Positions 63,660 to 64,000 of a DNA stretch of 64,000 bases are shown here, piece by piece. Both the position numbers and the translations under genes were made by a program. The stretch's first letter is position 1. Each line of letters starts with the position of its first letter. The DNA is taken from NCBI GenBank assembly GCA_000218705.1, contig GL947594.1:1308002-1372001 (forward strand), read 5' to 3'. The notes below the pieces were generated by a model. The model searched no databases. It was not told the origin of the DNA and saw only the letters and a list, made by a program, of their open reading frames with translations. The DNA comes from Prochlorococcus marinus bv. HNLC1 (GTDB lineage: Bacteria > Cyanobacteriota > Cyanobacteriia > PCC-6307 > Cyanobiaceae).

Positions 63660-64000
63660 TTATATATTAATGATTCTCTCCATAGCAGCATTAACATTAG
63701 TTAGGGTATTAAATGCTGATAATCTAAAATAACCTTCTCCAGCTAACCCAAATCCACTACCAGGAGTGCCAACAACATTAGCTTTATTGAGAAGATAATC
63801 GAAAAAATCCCAAGAAGTCATTTGATCTGGTACTCTGATCCAAATATACGGAGCATTTAAACCGCCAAAAACTTTAAAACCAGCCTGTATTAATTTATTT
63901 CTCATAATTGAGGCATTATTCATATAAAATTCAATCAATTTTGAAACTTCTATTTTCCCCTGATCAGAGTAAACTGCTTCTGCTCCCCTTTGAACAATAT
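63660..64000 (-). CDS. dapL: LL-diaminopimelate aminotransferase, C-terminal part (runs off window)
   Basis: [40 protein letters not shown]. Confidence 0.93.
   Translation of the reverse strand, partial: IVQRGAEAVYSDQGKIEVSKLIEFYMNNASIMRNKLIQAGFKVFGGLNAPYIWIRVPDQMTSWDFFDYLLNKANVVGTPGSGFGLAGEGYFRLSAFNTLTNVNAAMERIINI

Overview
Low-GC (roughly 30% by eye) picocyanobacterial core-genome segment, Prochlorococcus-like. The proteins resemble high-light Prochlorococcus homologues as I recall them but look diverged; the clade cannot be fixed without a phylogeny. In order: the end of atpD-atpC, psrp-3, pepP, CNNM/GTPase/nadD/nadE, the large atp operon (with an ATPC-type RNA motif region), ftsW-ccdA-ccs1, queF, glnB, tlyA, purB-fumC, a Ski2-like helicase, bioF-K-C-D-A, a J-domain gene, rsmG, an aldo/keto reductase-ferredoxin-ycf35-DUF2997-HEAT block, rlmN, one hli, rpoB-C1-C2, tatD, rpsT, hisD, rpiA, degP, rimP-nusA-ylxR-infB, and tRNA-Thr(CGT). 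After the tRNA comes an AT-rich block (ArnT-like GT39, GT2, MPBQ/MSBQ-type methyltransferase, UbiH-like hydroxylase), then CPBP, clpS and dapL. Eleven genes carry reading-frame breaks, mostly in short homopolymers; essential ftsW is among them, so these are most likely sequencing or assembly errors. No CRISPR, IS element, integrase or prophage was seen. I cannot claim a clearly new system. Best leads: an acidic peptide motif shared by the ferredoxin and the neighbouring HEAT protein, a tandem pair of putative plastoquinone-pathway genes beside the tRNA, apparent absence of Fe-S genes from their usual loci, and two probable ATT starts.
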